From Clostridiales bacterium (GTDB lineage: Bacteria; Bacillota; Proteinivoracia; UBA4975; PWLI01), in contig PWLI01000011.1 of NCBI GenBank assembly GCA_003559415.1, positions 3,618 through 67,617 on the forward strand: a DNA stretch of 64,000 nt, given 5' to 3'. Numbering within the stretch: the first letter of the stretch is position 1; each line of letters opens with the position of its first letter. The notes under the pieces are model-generated. The model saw only the letters and a program-made list of their open reading frames with translations, had not been told where the DNA came from and did not search any database. The position numbers were made by a program, and so were the translations under genes. Below are positions 1-11,983 of this stretch, in pieces.

Positions 1-899
1 TGGTCGGCGCCGGCCGGCAACTCCTTTTCATTCCCTTCTTTGTCCACCGCTTTTACAGCATCGGCAGGGGCCGGTGCTGCAAAAACCAGAAAGTCCATGA
101 GTTGCTTGACACCTATATTCTTTGTGGCAGAGCCACAGAGCACTGGAATCAGATGTCCCGACTGAACGGCCTTGCGCAGGGCTGCATGGATTTCATCTTC
201 TGTCAGTTCTTCACCTTCCAGGTACTTCATGGTCAGCTCATCGTCAGTCTCTGCGGCAAGTTCAATTATTTGTTCCCGGTATTGTTCCGCCTGGTCCGCC
301 AGGTCTGCCGGGATCTCTTCGCTGCTGTATGTCCCCTCGTCTTTGGCCACCAGGGCCTTCATGCTTAACAGGTCTACAACTCCTGAGAAATTGTCTTCAC
401 TGCCTATGGGCAGTTGAACCGGGACGACTTGTTGCCCGAACTGGTCCCGGGCCTGGGAAAGAGCCTTTTCAAAGTTGGCATTTTCCCTGTCCATTTTATT
501 GATGAACAAAAACTTGGGCATGGAACTTTTCTCGCTGAGAGCCCACACCTTTTCTGTGCCCACTTCCACTCCGGAAACGGCACACATTGTAACCAGCGCG
601 CTTTCGGTGACACGCATTGAGCTGATCACTTCGCCGATAAAATCGAAGTAGCCCGGGGTGTCAATAAAGTTAAGCTTGTTCTGGTTCCATTCAATTGGAG
701 CCAGCGAAGCATTGATGGAAATTTGCTTGAGAATTTCATCAGCATCAAAATCGCTGGTAGTGGTTCCATCCTCCACCCGGCCCATTCTCTGCACGGCTCC
801 GGTTGCAAACAGCATGCTCTCGGTCAGGGCTGTTTTTCCCGAACCGCTGTGCCCAATAATACTGATGTTGCGAATTTTGTCTGTAGAATAGTTCTTCAC
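1..899 (-). CDS. EF-G-like translational GTPase (elongation factor G paralog), N-terminal part; continues past window start
   Basis: Minus-strand translation from the GTG at 897-899 (RBS GGAGGAG upstream) gives VKNYSTDKIRNISIIGHSGSGKTAL...FIDTPGYFDF...INKMDREN...ETDDELTMKYLEGEELTEDEI, the G1-G4 GTPase motifs and EF-G domain II signature. It is absent from the ORF track because no stop lies inside the window. Confidence 0.7.
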   Translation of the reverse strand, partial: MKNYSTDKIRNISIIGHSGSGKTALTESMLFATGAVQRMGRVEDGTTTSDFDADEILKQISINASLAPIEWNQNKLNFIDTPGYFDFIGEVISSMRVTESALVTMCAVSGVEVGTEKVWALSEKSSMPKFLFINKMDRENANFEKALSQARDQFGQQVVPVQLPIGSEDNFSGVVDLLSMKALVAKDEGTYSSEEIPADLADQAEQYREQIIELAAETDDELTMKYLEGEELTEDEIHAALRKAVQSGHLIPVLCGSATKNIGVKQLMDFLVFAAPAPADAVKAVDKEGNEKELPAGAD

Positions 900-962
900 C
901 CAAATCTCCTCCTCAAAGATTCTGCGCCTTTCTGCCTTGTATAGCATTCGACCACAGCGACA

Positions 963-3419
963 TTAAATCCTTCCCTGCTGGTTGCCGTTGGCATCCTCTT
1001 TGACCACTGCCGCCACAGCGACCACCCGGTCTTCAGCATCCAGCCTGATGAGCTTAAGTCCCTGGGTAGACCGGCCTATTACAGATATTTCATCTGCTCC
1101 CTGACGGATTAGGATGCCTTTGGCTGTAACAATGATAACGTCTCCTCCCGGCTTAATAGTTTTGCCAGACACAACCTGACCGTTTTTCTCGTTCAGCTGT
1201 ATGGACTTGATGCCCTTTCCTCCCCGGGTTTGGGGCCGGAACTCTTTTATCTGGGTACGTTTCCCGTACCCCTTGTCGGTAACCACCAACACATCGCTTC
1301 CCTCATCAATGGTTGCCATTTCCACAACCCGGTCAGCTGCTGTCAGGTTTATGCCGCGAACGCCCCGGGCAGTTCTGCCCATGGGCCGCACTTCATCTTC
1401 ACGGAAACGGATACAGCGGCCGTTGCCGGTAAAGAGCATAGCTTCTTGCTCACCATTGGTTCTCTTCACATCTATCAGCTGATCGTCGGTGTCCAGCTTT
1501 ATGGCAATAATCCCTCCGCGCAGGGGAGTGTCATAGTGAGACAGCTCTGTTTTTTTCACATAACCCCTGGCGGTGGACATCATCAAAAATTCTCCGGAGG
1601 AAAAGTCTTTAATCTGAATCACTGCTGTTATCTTCTCGTTGGAACGCAGAGAAATCAGGTTCACCAGTGCTGTGCCCCGGGCCTGTCTGCCCACTTCAGG
1701 GATTTCGTAGACTTTCTTTTTATACATCAGCCCAAAGTTTGTAAAGAACAGCATGTTGTTATGGGTGGAGGTAATAAACATGTGCTTGACAAAGTCATCT
1801 TCCCGCTTGTTTACTGCCGCCACACCCCGGCCACCCCGGCGCTGGCTGCGGTAAGAAGTTACTGGCATGCGCTTGATATATCCCTGGTGGGTTATTGTTA
1901 CAACCACATCTTCCTCGGCTATCAGGTCTTCCAAGTCCAGTTCGCCTTCCTTGTTGACAATCCGGGTCCGCCGCTGATCTCCATGCTTTTTCTTTACCGC
2001 CTGCAGCTCCTCTTTGATAATCCCGTCCACCTTGGCGGGATCCGCCAAGATTTCCTTCAGGCTGGCTATCAGTTCAACCAGCTGGGCATGTTCCTCTTCG
2101 ACCTTGTTTCTTTCCAGTGCTGTCAGTCTCTGGAGCCGCATGTCCAAAATCGCATTGGCCTGAATTTTGCTCAGTGTAAACCTGAACATCAATTGCTCCC
2201 TTGCCTGGTCAACATCATCTGCACCCCTTATCAGCGCTATCACTTCGTCAAGGTTGTCCAGGGCGATGCGGAAGCCTTCAAGCACGTGCAGCCTGTCCTC
2301 TGCCCGCCGCAGTTCGTAATTGGTCCGCCGGGTAACAATCTCCCGTTGATGCTCAAGATAATAAAACAGAATCTCCCGCAGAGAAAGGGCCCGCGGCTGA
2401 TTGTCAACCAGCGCCAACATGTTAATCCCAAAGCTTTGTTGCAGCTGGGTGAATTTGTACAGCTTGTTGAGCACCACATGTGGGTTGGCCTCTTTGCGCA
2501 ACTCTATTACCACCCGAATGCCGGTGCGGTCTGTCTCGTCTCGCAGGTCGGTAATGCCTTCAACTTTTTTCTCCCGGACCAGCCCGGCAATCTTTTCAAT
2601 CATGCGCGCCTTGTTTACCTGGTAAGGAAGCTCTGTTATTACCAGGCTGTGCTTGCCGCTACTGGCCGCTTCAATCTTTACTTCACCCCGCAGCGTTATC
2701 GATCCCCGTCCGGAGGAGTAGGCTTGTTTAATACCTTCCCTTCCCAACACCGTTCCCGCCGTTGGAAAGTCCGGCCCCTTGATGTGATTCATGAGCTCTT
2801 CAACCGAAATTGAGGGGTTGTCCAACATGGCTTCCAGGGCGTCAATGGTTTCACCCAGGTTGTGAGGAGGTATGTTGGTAGCCATGCCCACTGCAATCCC
2901 TGAGCTGCCGTTTACTATAAGGTTGGGGAATCTGCTGGGCAGCACAACCGGCTCTTTTAACGTGTCATCGAAATTTGTAGCAAAATCAACGGTTTCCTTG
3001 TCAATGTCTTCCAACATAACGGTAGCCAGAGGTTTCATGCGCACTTCTGTATAACGCATGGCTGCCGCAGAGTCTCCATCAATGGATCCAAAGTTTCCAT
3101 GCCCGTCCACCAGGGGATGGCGGTAGGAGAAGTCCTGGGCCATGCGCACCATGGTGTTATAAAGAGCCAGGTCGCCGTGGGGGTGGTACTTACCCATGAC
3201 TTCACCCACCACCCGGGCAGATTTTTTATATCCCTTGCCCGGTTGCAGGCTCAAATCATTCATGGCATAAAGTATGCGCCGATGAACCGGCTTGAGCCCG
3301 TCTCTTACATCGGGCAGGGCCCGGCTGACAATAACGCTCATGGCGTAATCCATATAGGATTGTTTCATTTCGGTGCTGACTTCGCGGCTCAGTATCTTGC
3401 CATGGGTAAACTCAGTCAT
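963..3419 (-). CDS. gyrA: DNA gyrase subunit A
   Basis: 818 aa. Contains ...[22 protein letters not shown]...YHPHGD... (active-site Tyr region) and the C-terminal beta-pinwheel repeats. Sits directly downstream of gyrB. Confidence 0.97.
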   Translation of the reverse strand: MTEFTHGKILSREVSTEMKQSYMDYAMSVIVSRALPDVRDGLKPVHRRILYAMNDLSLQPGKGYKKSARVVGEVMGKYHPHGDLALYNTMVRMAQDFSYRHPLVDGHGNFGSIDGDSAAAMRYTEVRMKPLATVMLEDIDKETVDFATNFDDTLKEPVVLPSRFPNLIVNGSSGIAVGMATNIPPHNLGETIDALEAMLDNPSISVEELMNHIKGPDFPTAGTVLGREGIKQAYSSGRGSITLRGEVKIEAASSGKHSLVITELPYQVNKARMIEKIAGLVREKKVEGITDLRDETDRTGIRVVIELRKEANPHVVLNKLYKFTQLQQSFGINMLALVDNQPRALSLREILFYYLEHQREIVTRRTNYELRRAEDRLHVLEGFRIALDNLDEVIALIRGADDVDQAREQLMFRFTLSKIQANAILDMRLQRLTALERNKVEEEHAQLVELIASLKEILADPAKVDGIIKEELQAVKKKHGDQRRTRIVNKEGELDLEDLIAEEDVVVTITHQGYIKRMPVTSYRSQRRGGRGVAAVNKREDDFVKHMFITSTHNNMLFFTNFGLMYKKKVYEIPEVGRQARGTALVNLISLRSNEKITAVIQIKDFSSGEFLMMSTARGYVKKTELSHYDTPLRGGIIAIKLDTDDQLIDVKRTNGEQEAMLFTGNGRCIRFREDEVRPMGRTARGVRGINLTAADRVVEMATIDEGSDVLVVTDKGYGKRTQIKEFRPQTRGGKGIKSIQLNEKNGQVVSGKTIKPGGDVIIVTAKGILIRQGADEISVIGRSTQGLKLIRLDAEDRVVAVAAVVKEDANGNQQGRI

Positions 3420-3431
3420 TTTCCATCGCTC

Positions 3432-5608
<2,177 letters not shown>

Positions 5609-5610
5609 TC

Positions 5611-6693
5611 CTAAACAAGCTCTGTTATTTGTCCTTTTCTCACTGAAAATGTTTTTTGGGGGTTGGTCTCTGACAGGGGCTCTGTAGTTGTGATTATCGC
5701 CTGAATTCCCTTGGGCAGACTGTCCATCAGCAAACGGCGCCGGACCTGGTCCAGCTCAGAAAAAACATCATCCAACAGCAGCACCGGCAGATCTCCTGTT
5801 TCAGCCAAAAACAACTCCACCTCGGCCAGTTTAACAGCCAGCACCGCTGTCCGCTGTTGACCCTGGGAACCATAGCTTCGAAGATCTTCGCTGCCCAACA
5901 AAAAGGTTATGTCATCTCTGTGGGGGCCAAAGAGAGTGGTTCGTTGAATCCTTTCCTGCTTGGAGTGCTCCCTGACTTGTGCCGCCACTCCACACTCACC
6001 ACTTTCCAAACAAAAAGAAGGTGTGTAACACAATGCCAACTCTTCTGTGCCGTCGCTGAGGCGGCGGTGCCGTAAACGGGCCAGCAGACTCAGCTTTTTT
6101 ACAAACTCCCTTCTTTTGCATGAAATGTTCATGCCAAGCTTGATAAGTTTTTCCGTAAGAACAGCCAATAACGTTCCGTCCACCGTTGAAAACTTAAGCA
6201 ATGCGTTTCTCTGCTGCAACACCCTTTTGTAGCGTTCAACGTCATTACGGTACCCGGAATCCATCTGACAAATCTCCAAATCCATAAACCGCCTTCGCCT
6301 TGCCGGGCCGCCCTTGACCAAATCCATGTCTTCAGGAACAAAAAGCACAGACCTTATGTTTCCCACAACTTCGCCAAGGCGGCTAACCAGGGCGCCATTC
6401 AGCTTGTTTACCCTGCGGTTGTCTCTGTGCAATCCCATTTCTACCCAAACAGGCTCTTCCTTTGCCCTTGTTCCCTTGCCGGAAACATAGAGATATTCAC
6501 TTTCATGGTTTATCAGTTGTTCCTGCCTGGTAATGCGGGGCGAAAATCCGGTGGACAGAAAGTATACAGACTCCAAAAGATTTGTTTTCCCCTGTCCGTT
6601 TTGCCCCACCACAACGTTGACCCCGGGGGCGGGGAAAACCTCGCCTTTTTTAAAGTTTCTCCACCCGGCAAACTTTATGGCATCTATTTTCAT
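5611..6693 (-). CDS. recF: DNA replication and repair protein RecF
   Basis: 360 aa. Has the N-terminal Walker A VVVGQNGQGKTNLLE, an SMC-like signature and the C-terminal LLLDDVFSELD Walker B. Confidence 0.95.
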   Translation of the reverse strand: MKIDAIKFAGWRNFKKGEVFPAPGVNVVVGQNGQGKTNLLESVYFLSTGFSPRITRQEQLINHESEYLYVSGKGTRAKEEPVWVEMGLHRDNRRVNKLNGALVSRLGEVVGNIRSVLFVPEDMDLVKGGPARRRRFMDLEICQMDSGYRNDVERYKRVLQQRNALLKFSTVDGTLLAVLTEKLIKLGMNISCKRREFVKKLSLLARLRHRRLSDGTEELALCYTPSFCLESGECGVAAQVREHSKQERIQRTTLFGPHRDDITFLLGSEDLRSYGSQGQQRTAVLAVKLAEVELFLAETGDLPVLLLDDVFSELDQVRRRLLMDSLPKGIQAIITTTEPLSETNPQKTFSVRKGQITELV

Positions 6694-6696
6694 AGG

Positions 6697-6927
6697 TTAC
6701 CCTTCAACATTTATTTTTAGTTCGTCTTCGCCTACAACAACCCAGTCTCCGGGATAAAGCTTTTTTCCCCGCTCGGTTGTTGGGATGCCGTTAACCAACA
6801 CCGGTGTTTGCTGCAGCAACATTTTTGCCTCTCCGCCTGTTTGTACAATGTCAGCCATCTTCAGCAGTTGTCCCAGCTTTATAAATGGTGTCTCTATCTT
6901 TATGTTCACTGGTTGCTTACCTTTCAC
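6697..6927 (-). CDS. yaaA: S4-domain RNA-binding protein YaaA
   Basis: 76 aa. IKLGQLLKMADIVQTGGEAKMLLQQTPVLVNG...GKKLYPGDWV is an S4 fold. It lies at the conserved dnaN-yaaA-recF position. Confidence 0.8.
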   Translation of the reverse strand: MKGKQPVNIKIETPFIKLGQLLKMADIVQTGGEAKMLLQQTPVLVNGIPTTERGKKLYPGDWVVVGEDELKINVEG

Positions 6928-8036
6928 TGAAGCCGCACAGGCAGAACCAGGTGGAGGCAGTTGTGATCGTTTAGGGGCGTAACGAGACAGGGGCTGTACG
7001 GGCCGGTAAAGTCCATTTTAACATGTTCAGCTCCCATGTTTTTCAGGCAGTCCAACAGCAACCTGACGTTAAAACGAATTTCCATTTCTTCTCCGCTTAT
7101 TTCTGCATCAACACTGTCTTCCAGCACACCTATGTCGGGGCTCACAGAGTTTATAGCCATCTCTCCCTGGCCCAGGGACAGTTTAACCAGGTTATTTGCA
7201 CCTTCCCGGGCAATAACTTCTGCCCTGTCCAAAGCAGATGACAACTCCTTGGTTTCCAGGGTGACTGTACTCTTAAACTCGGTTGGTATTATTTGCTGAT
7301 ATGGAGGATACTTGCCCTCAACCAGGCGGGAAGAAATCACAAGCCCACCCATTTCAAAAACAATGTCGGTTTTGTTGACAGCTACGTTTACTTTTTCATC
7401 CTTCTGGTCTCTCAGGGTTTTTATCAGCTCCTGAACAACCTTGCCGGGGACGATTGCCTTGAAATCATCTTTTATTCCTGCGTTGGCCTGGCGGAAAGCC
7501 AGCCGGTGCCCGTCTGTGGAAACCAGTTTGAGTTTTTCATCTTCGTTTTCCATCAGCAATCCTGTCAACACCCTGCGCGTTTCATCCCGGGCAATGGCCA
7601 CCTCTGTCTGCATCAACATTTCCCGAAGCAGGCTCTCTGAAACAGAAAATTCTGCTGCATCTTCGCCTGTTTCCGGAAGCCGGGGAAATTCGTCTGCTGC
7701 AAACCCTGTTATATCAAACTTTATCTTGCCGCTGGTAATGTGGACCTTCATGCCCTGTTGCTCATCGGTTTTCAGTTCAACCTGACCTGCTGGCAGTCTC
7801 CTGACAAACTCCGTCAGCAGTTTTGCCGGTAAAACAATCTCTCCCGGATCAACAACATTGGCTTTTACCAGGCAACGATTGCCAAATTCCAAATCTGTGG
7901 CCTTTAGTTCTATTTTGTCTTGTTGGGCACTGATTAGTATGCCCTTCAGTGCAGGAAGGGGTGACTTTAGAGCAACGGCGCGCTGGACCATGCTTAGGGC
8001 TGCAGAGAACACTTCTTTGTCGCAAGAAAAATTCAT
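6924..8036 (-). CDS. dnaN: DNA polymerase III beta sliding clamp
   Basis: 370 aa with a three-domain clamp pattern. Directly downstream of dnaA across a box-rich spacer. Confidence 0.95.
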   Translation of the reverse strand: MNFSCDKEVFSAALSMVQRAVALKSPLPALKGILISAQQDKIELKATDLEFGNRCLVKANVVDPGEIVLPAKLLTEFVRRLPAGQVELKTDEQQGMKVHITSGKIKFDITGFAADEFPRLPETGEDAAEFSVSESLLREMLMQTEVAIARDETRRVLTGLLMENEDEKLKLVSTDGHRLAFRQANAGIKDDFKAIVPGKVVQELIKTLRDQKDEKVNVAVNKTDIVFEMGGLVISSRLVEGKYPPYQQIIPTEFKSTVTLETKELSSALDRAEVIAREGANNLVKLSLGQGEMAINSVSPDIGVLEDSVDAEISGEEMEIRFNVRLLLDCLKNMGAEHVKMDFTGPYSPCLVTPLNDHNCLHLVLPVRLQ

Positions 8037-8202
8037 TTTAAAACCTCCTGCCAGTATATTTTATATATAAGGAAGTAGCAGTGCTAATAGGGGGTGTAGA
8101 TATGTGGGTAAGTCTGTAAAAGTTCGGACACATATGTGCTTTGCCTATGGAAAACCCTGTTGGCAGCATGTTTTGGTTTTCCACACTGTGCACATATCCA
8201 CA
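8037..8202. promoter_or_regulatory. oriC part 2 (dnaA-dnaN spacer, incC-like): DnaA boxes, trio-like repeats and an AT-rich unwinding element
   Basis: DnaA-box-like 9-mers: aTATCCACA at 8194-8202 abutting the dnaA stop, TTtTCCACA at 8176-8184, and TGTGGGTAA (rc TTACCCACA) at 8103-8111. GTAGCAGTGCTAATAG at 8074-8089 reads as 3-nt TAG/TAA-type DnaA-trios. A pure A/T tract agtatattttatatataa at 8053-8070 sits next to the dnaN start. The order boxes-trios-DUE going from dnaA toward dnaN matches B. subtilis. Confidence 0.6.
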
Positions 8203-9528
8203 TTAATTGCTGAGAAGAAGCTTCTTGATGGCCTCAACTTCCCGGTATACCTGGGGGTGGGATTGCATGTCCGAAGCAATTTTTTCCTGGGCATGCATAA
8301 CGGTGGTGTGGTCTCGGCCGCCGAATTCTTCGCCGATTTTGGGAAGAGACAGATCGGTCATTTCCCGGCACAAAAACATGGCTATCTGCCGGGGATGGGA
8401 AAGGGCTTTTGTCCTTTTTTTCGCCTGCATGTCCTCAATTCTCAAGCCAAAATAGCCAGCCACAACCCGTTGTATTTTATCGATGGTAACCGGGGCCTGG
8501 TTGGGCTCGGGTAAAATGTCTTTCAGCGCCCGCTCAATCAGATCTTCATCTATTTGTTGCTGGGTCATTCGTGAATAAGCCTTGATTCTTATAAGTGCTC
8601 CTTCCAGCTCTCGGATGTTGGTTGTGATTTTGTCTGCAATCAACATAATTGCTTCGCTGGGAATGTCTATGTTTTCAGAAGCGGCTTTTTTTCGCAGTAT
8701 TGCAGCCCGGGTTTCCAGATCGGGGGCCTGAATGTCGGTTATAAGCCCCCACTCAAACCGGGAACGCAGCCGGTCTTCCAGCGTTGGTATTTCTTTTGGT
8801 TGCCTGTCGCTGGATATTACTATTTGTTTGTTGTTTTCGTGCAAAGCATTAAATGTATGGAAAAACTCTTCCTGTGTTTGTTCTTTTCCTGCCAAAAACT
8901 GAATGTCGTCAATGAGCAAAACATCTATGTTTCTGTAGCGATTGCGGAAGTCAACGGTGCGGTTGTCTCTGATTGCATTGATAAAATCATTGGTGAATTT
9001 TTCTGTGGAAAGATATACCACCCGCAGGTCGGGGTAGTGCTTTATAACAAAATGCCCTATTGCATTTATAAGGTGTGTCTTGCCCAACCCCACTCCCCCA
9101 TAAATAAACAGTGGGTTGTAAGCTTTTGCCGGAGCCTCGGCCACTGCCAAGGCTGCGGCGTGGGCAAAACGGTTGCTGTTGCCGATAACGAAAGACTCAA
9201 AAGTATAGCGGGGGTTGAGGGATGTGGAAACGATGCTGTGATCTATGTTTGTTGGCCTTTCCGGCAGCGAAGCAGGTTCTGCCGAGCCAACGACAAATTT
9301 AACAGCAAGGTTGGCGCCGGAAATGTCTCTCAAGACATCCAGGATCAGTTGGGAATAACGGTTTTCCAGCCATTCTTTGACAAAGTCTGTTGGAACAGAA
9401 ACGGTAAGGCGGTTTTGCTGCATATCCAGCGGCTCAGTGTCTTTAAGCCAGGTTTCAAAGCTGGGCCGACTGACTTTTTGCTCCAGTTCGGCCAGTGCTT
9501 CATTCCAAATCTGATTTTTGTCCATCAT
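8203..9528 (-). CDS. dnaA: Chromosomal replication initiator DnaA
   Basis: 441 aa. AAA+ Walker [11 protein letters not shown], the sensor motifs, and a C-terminal HTH box-binding domain (...DHTTVMHA...). Confidence 0.97.
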   Translation of the reverse strand: MMDKNQIWNEALAELEQKVSRPSFETWLKDTEPLDMQQNRLTVSVPTDFVKEWLENRYSQLILDVLRDISGANLAVKFVVGSAEPASLPERPTNIDHSIVSTSLNPRYTFESFVIGNSNRFAHAAALAVAEAPAKAYNPLFIYGGVGLGKTHLINAIGHFVIKHYPDLRVVYLSTEKFTNDFINAIRDNRTVDFRNRYRNIDVLLIDDIQFLAGKEQTQEEFFHTFNALHENNKQIVISSDRQPKEIPTLEDRLRSRFEWGLITDIQAPDLETRAAILRKKAASENIDIPSEAIMLIADKITTNIRELEGALIRIKAYSRMTQQQIDEDLIERALKDILPEPNQAPVTIDKIQRVVAGYFGLRIEDMQAKKRTKALSHPRQIAMFLCREMTDLSLPKIGEEFGGRDHTTVMHAQEKIASDMQSHPQVYREVEAIKKLLLSN

Positions 9529-9871
9529 GGCCTTTCAACCTCCAGCTGTGTATTGGTCTGTGGAAAAAAAGAAGCAATAAAAAAACCACAGAAAGCGCCA
9601 ATATAACCAAAAAAAAGCGGAAAATTAACCACAGGGTCCTTGAAAACGCCGGTTTCCCGGAGGAAAATATCCACAGGGTTATTAACAAAGTGTTGATAAC
9701 TATTGTTTTTTCCCAAAAACAACGGCTTTCATAACCAGTTTAGCAGAATTATCCCCAGCCCGCAACAATAACAATCCACATATCCCCAGGCCCCAAAAAC
9801 AGTGTTTTTCTTGACGAAAAGGGGGAATTAAGCTATAATTTCCTTTAGCGTAAAATAAGGGGGTGGACGGC
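9529..9871. promoter_or_regulatory. oriC part 1 (rpmH-dnaA intergenic): DnaA-box cluster in both orientations plus an A-rich tract
   Basis: Each 9-mer is within one mismatch of TTATCCACA: TGTGGAAAA at 9560-9568 (rc), TTAaCCACA at 9625-9633, aTATCCACA at 9667-9675, TGTTGATAA at 9691-9699 (rc TTATCaACA), TTATCCcCA at 9749-9757, and ATCCACATATCCCCA at 9774-9789. An A-rich run at 9564-9590 is also present. Confidence 0.65.
9811..9839 (+). promoter_or_regulatory. sigma-A promoter of the rpmH-rnpA operon
   Basis: TTGACG at 9811-9816, a 17-nt spacer, then TATAAT at 9834-9839. It lies about 30 nt upstream of the rpmH RBS AAGGGGGTGG. Confidence 0.6.
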
Positions 9872-10006
9872 TTGAAAAGGACATACCAACCCAAAGTAAG
9901 AAGGCGCAAAAAAACTCACGGATTCAGGGCCAGAATGGCTACCCCGGCAGGGAGAAATGTTATCAAGCGCCGCCGCCGCAAAGGCAGAAAAAGACTATCT
10001 GCGTAA
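9872..10006 (+). CDS. rpmH: 50S ribosomal protein L34 (TTG start)
   Basis: (M)[43 protein letters not shown], 44 aa. TTG start at 9872. Below the ORF-track size cut-off. Confidence 0.9.
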   Translation: MKRTYQPKVRRRKKTHGFRARMATPAGRNVIKRRRRKGRKRLSA

Positions 10007-10033
10007 AAGGCCGCTTATGTGGCCTTTTTGCAC
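10007..10033 (+). terminator. Hairpin plus T-run between rpmH and rnpA (possible attenuator or partial terminator)
   Basis: AAAAGGCC-gcttatgt-GGCCTTTTTG: an 8-bp stem with an 8-nt loop followed by a T-run. Confidence 0.35.
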
Positions 10034-10042
10034 CTGAACGCC

Positions 10043-10399
10043 ATGTTAAAAAAAGAAAACAGACTTAAACGCAATGAAGATTTCCGGTTGGTTTATCGCG
10101 AAGGAAAGTTTGCTGTTTCCCGGCCCGTGGTGGTATATTATAGAAGAAGAAATCAAGACACCACATTGCGCGCCGGTATTGTAGTAAGCAAAAAAATTGG
10201 CAACAGCTATATCCGCAGCAGGCATAAGCGATTGTTGAGGGAAGCCCTTCGTCCCCTAATTCCCCGAATCAAGCCGGGGCACGATGTGGTGCTTGTGGCC
10301 AGAAAAGCAATTGTTGGAGAAGATCAAGCCAACATACGCTCAACACTGGAGAATTTGTTGCAAAAAGCACGGTTGACAAATGGGAGGCGAGCCCGGTGA
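10043..10399 (+). CDS. rnpA: Ribonuclease P protein component
   Basis: [23 protein letters not shown]... is the canonical RnpA N-terminus. The ORF track starts 8 codons earlier at 10019, but 10043 fits homologs better. Confidence 0.88.
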   Translation: MLKKENRLKRNEDFRLVYREGKFAVSRPVVVYYRRRNQDTTLRAGIVVSKKIGNSYIRSRHKRLLREALRPLIPRIKPGHDVVLVARKAIVGEDQANIRSTLENLLQKARLTNGRRAR

Positions 10400-10605
10400 G
10401 CAGGCTTGCGATTTTACTTATACGTGCCTATCAAAAGCTTATATCGCCCCTCAAGGGGCCGACGTGCCGGTTTTTGCCCACATGTTCTCAATATGCCCTG
10501 GAGGCGTTTTCCAAGTATGGATTTTGCAAAGGCGGTTACCTGGCGGTGAAAAGGGTGCTTTGTTGTCATCCCCTGCATCCCGGCGGGTACGACCCTTTGA
10601 TTTAA
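10396..10605 (+). CDS. yidD: Membrane protein insertion efficiency factor YidD
   Basis: 69 aa. ...[28 protein letters not shown]...R..RCHP...GGYDP. Confidence 0.9.
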   Translation: MSRLAILLIRAYQKLISPLKGPTCRFLPTCSQYALEAFSKYGFCKGGYLAVKRVLCCHPLHPGGYDPLI

Positions 10606-10624
10606 TTACAAGGGGGATTTAAAG

Positions 10625-11326
10625 TTGGACTTTCTGAAATCAATTGTTGTAGACGGGCTTGTTTTCTTCTATGGTCTGCTGGGGGACTATGGGCTGGCAA
10701 TTATCATGTTGACTATCGTAGTAAGAGTCATTACCCTGCCCCTCTCCCTTAAACAAACAAAAACAACCCGGGCAATGCAGGCGCTGGCCCCGGAGCGAAA
10801 AAAGCTGGAAGAGAAGTACAAGGATGACAAGGAAAAACTCAACCAGGAAATGATGGGGCTTTACAAAAAACATAAGATCAACCCCCTTTCCGGCTGTCTT
10901 CCCCTGTTGATTCAGTTTCCTGTGTTGATTGCAGTGTTTCAGGTGCTTCGGGACCCCGAGGCCATGAAAACTGCCCTTGCGGCCAAGGATTTGTTGCCGG
11001 CCAACCCTGCAGATTACTCCCTGTTTCTGGGCTTGATGGACCTAAACGAACCTGATCGTTTGTTTGGAGTAATCCCCGGCGTGATACCAATCCTTGCCGG
11101 TCTTACCACCTGGGTGCAGACCAAGCTTACCACCCCGGAACAACCCCAGGGTGCCATGGGCAGCCTGACAACCTTTATGCCCTTCATGATTGTGATTTTC
11201 AGCTACACGCTGGCAGCAGGCCTGCCGCTTTACTGGCTTACCGGTAACTTTTTCTCCATCGCCCAACACTTTGCGGTTGAAAAATTCTCACCTCTGCCCC
11301 AGGGACAGGAGAGTGGGGAAAAATGA
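10625..11326 (+). CDS. yidC: Membrane protein insertase YidC/SpoIIIJ (short Gram-positive type)
   Basis: 233 aa. Has TM helices and the conserved ...LYKKHKINPLSGCLPLLIQFPVLIA... insertase core. Confidence 0.9.
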   Translation: MDFLKSIVVDGLVFFYGLLGDYGLAIIMLTIVVRVITLPLSLKQTKTTRAMQALAPERKKLEEKYKDDKEKLNQEMMGLYKKHKINPLSGCLPLLIQFPVLIAVFQVLRDPEAMKTALAAKDLLPANPADYSLFLGLMDLNEPDRLFGVIPGVIPILAGLTTWVQTKLTTPEQPQGAMGSLTTFMPFMIVIFSYTLAAGLPLYWLTGNFFSIAQHFAVEKFSPLPQGQESGEK

Positions 11327-11943
11327 AAAAAAACGAAGTGGTTGCCAGCGGCAAAACAGTTGAAGAGGCAATAGAAAAAGCCCTGGAGGAGCTGAAAATC
11401 CCCAGGGAAGAAGCAGAAATTGACGTAGAAGAAATTCCCGCAAAAGGCATACTGGGAATAATGAGCAAAGAAGCAGTTGTCAGGGCAAGGCGGCTTTTTG
11501 ACCCTGCAACCTTTGCAGAAAAATGGCTTCAGGAGTTTTTGGACAAGGCCTCAATGTCAGGCAGAGTTCACACTCAAACAGAAGATGGCGCAGTTTTTGC
11601 GTTTATCTCCGGTGACAACGCGGGGCCGCTTATTGGCCGGCATGGCCAAACGCTGGAATCGTTGCAATACTTGCTGACACTAACTGTAAACAAGCATACT
11701 GATGCTTATGTGCCGGTTGTGCTGGACATAGGTGACTACCGGAAAAAGCGGAACAAGGCTGTGGAAGAAATGGCAAGACAAGCGGCGCAAAAAGTTTTGG
11801 AGACGGGGCAAGAAGTCACTCTTTCTGCCATGTCTCCCGCAGAGCGAAGGATAGTGCACCTGACGCTAAGCGAAAATGAAAAAGTGAAGACATACAGCAT
11901 AGGAGAAGAGCCGCGCCGTCAGGTTGTGGTGGAAAAAGCTTAG
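11323..11943 (+). CDS. khpB: Jag/KhpB RNA-binding protein (Jag_N-KH-R3H)
   Basis: 206 aa. N-terminal Jag domain (GKTVEEAIEKALEEL) and a C-terminal R3H domain (...RRIVHLTL...). Conserved position after yidC. Confidence 0.85.
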   Translation: MKKNEVVASGKTVEEAIEKALEELKIPREEAEIDVEEIPAKGILGIMSKEAVVRARRLFDPATFAEKWLQEFLDKASMSGRVHTQTEDGAVFAFISGDNAGPLIGRHGQTLESLQYLLTLTVNKHTDAYVPVVLDIGDYRKKRNKAVEEMARQAAQKVLETGQEVTLSAMSPAERRIVHLTLSENEKVKTYSIGEEPRRQVVVEKA

Positions 11944-11983
11944 ACAAAGACCGGCCGCAGGCCGGTCTTTGTAACAACAGGGG

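Noticed and set aside
1230-2813. 527-aa plus-strand ORF inside gyrA
   Set aside because: Antisense to gyrA and low-complexity, with no homology signal. A high-GC frame artefact.
11944-11983. 10-bp perfect hairpin AAGACCGGCC-gca-GGCCGGTCTT after jag
   Set aside because: There is no downstream T-run, so it is not a convincing intrinsic terminator. It may be a weak or Rho-assisted stop or an RNA-stability element, and so is not listed as a feature.
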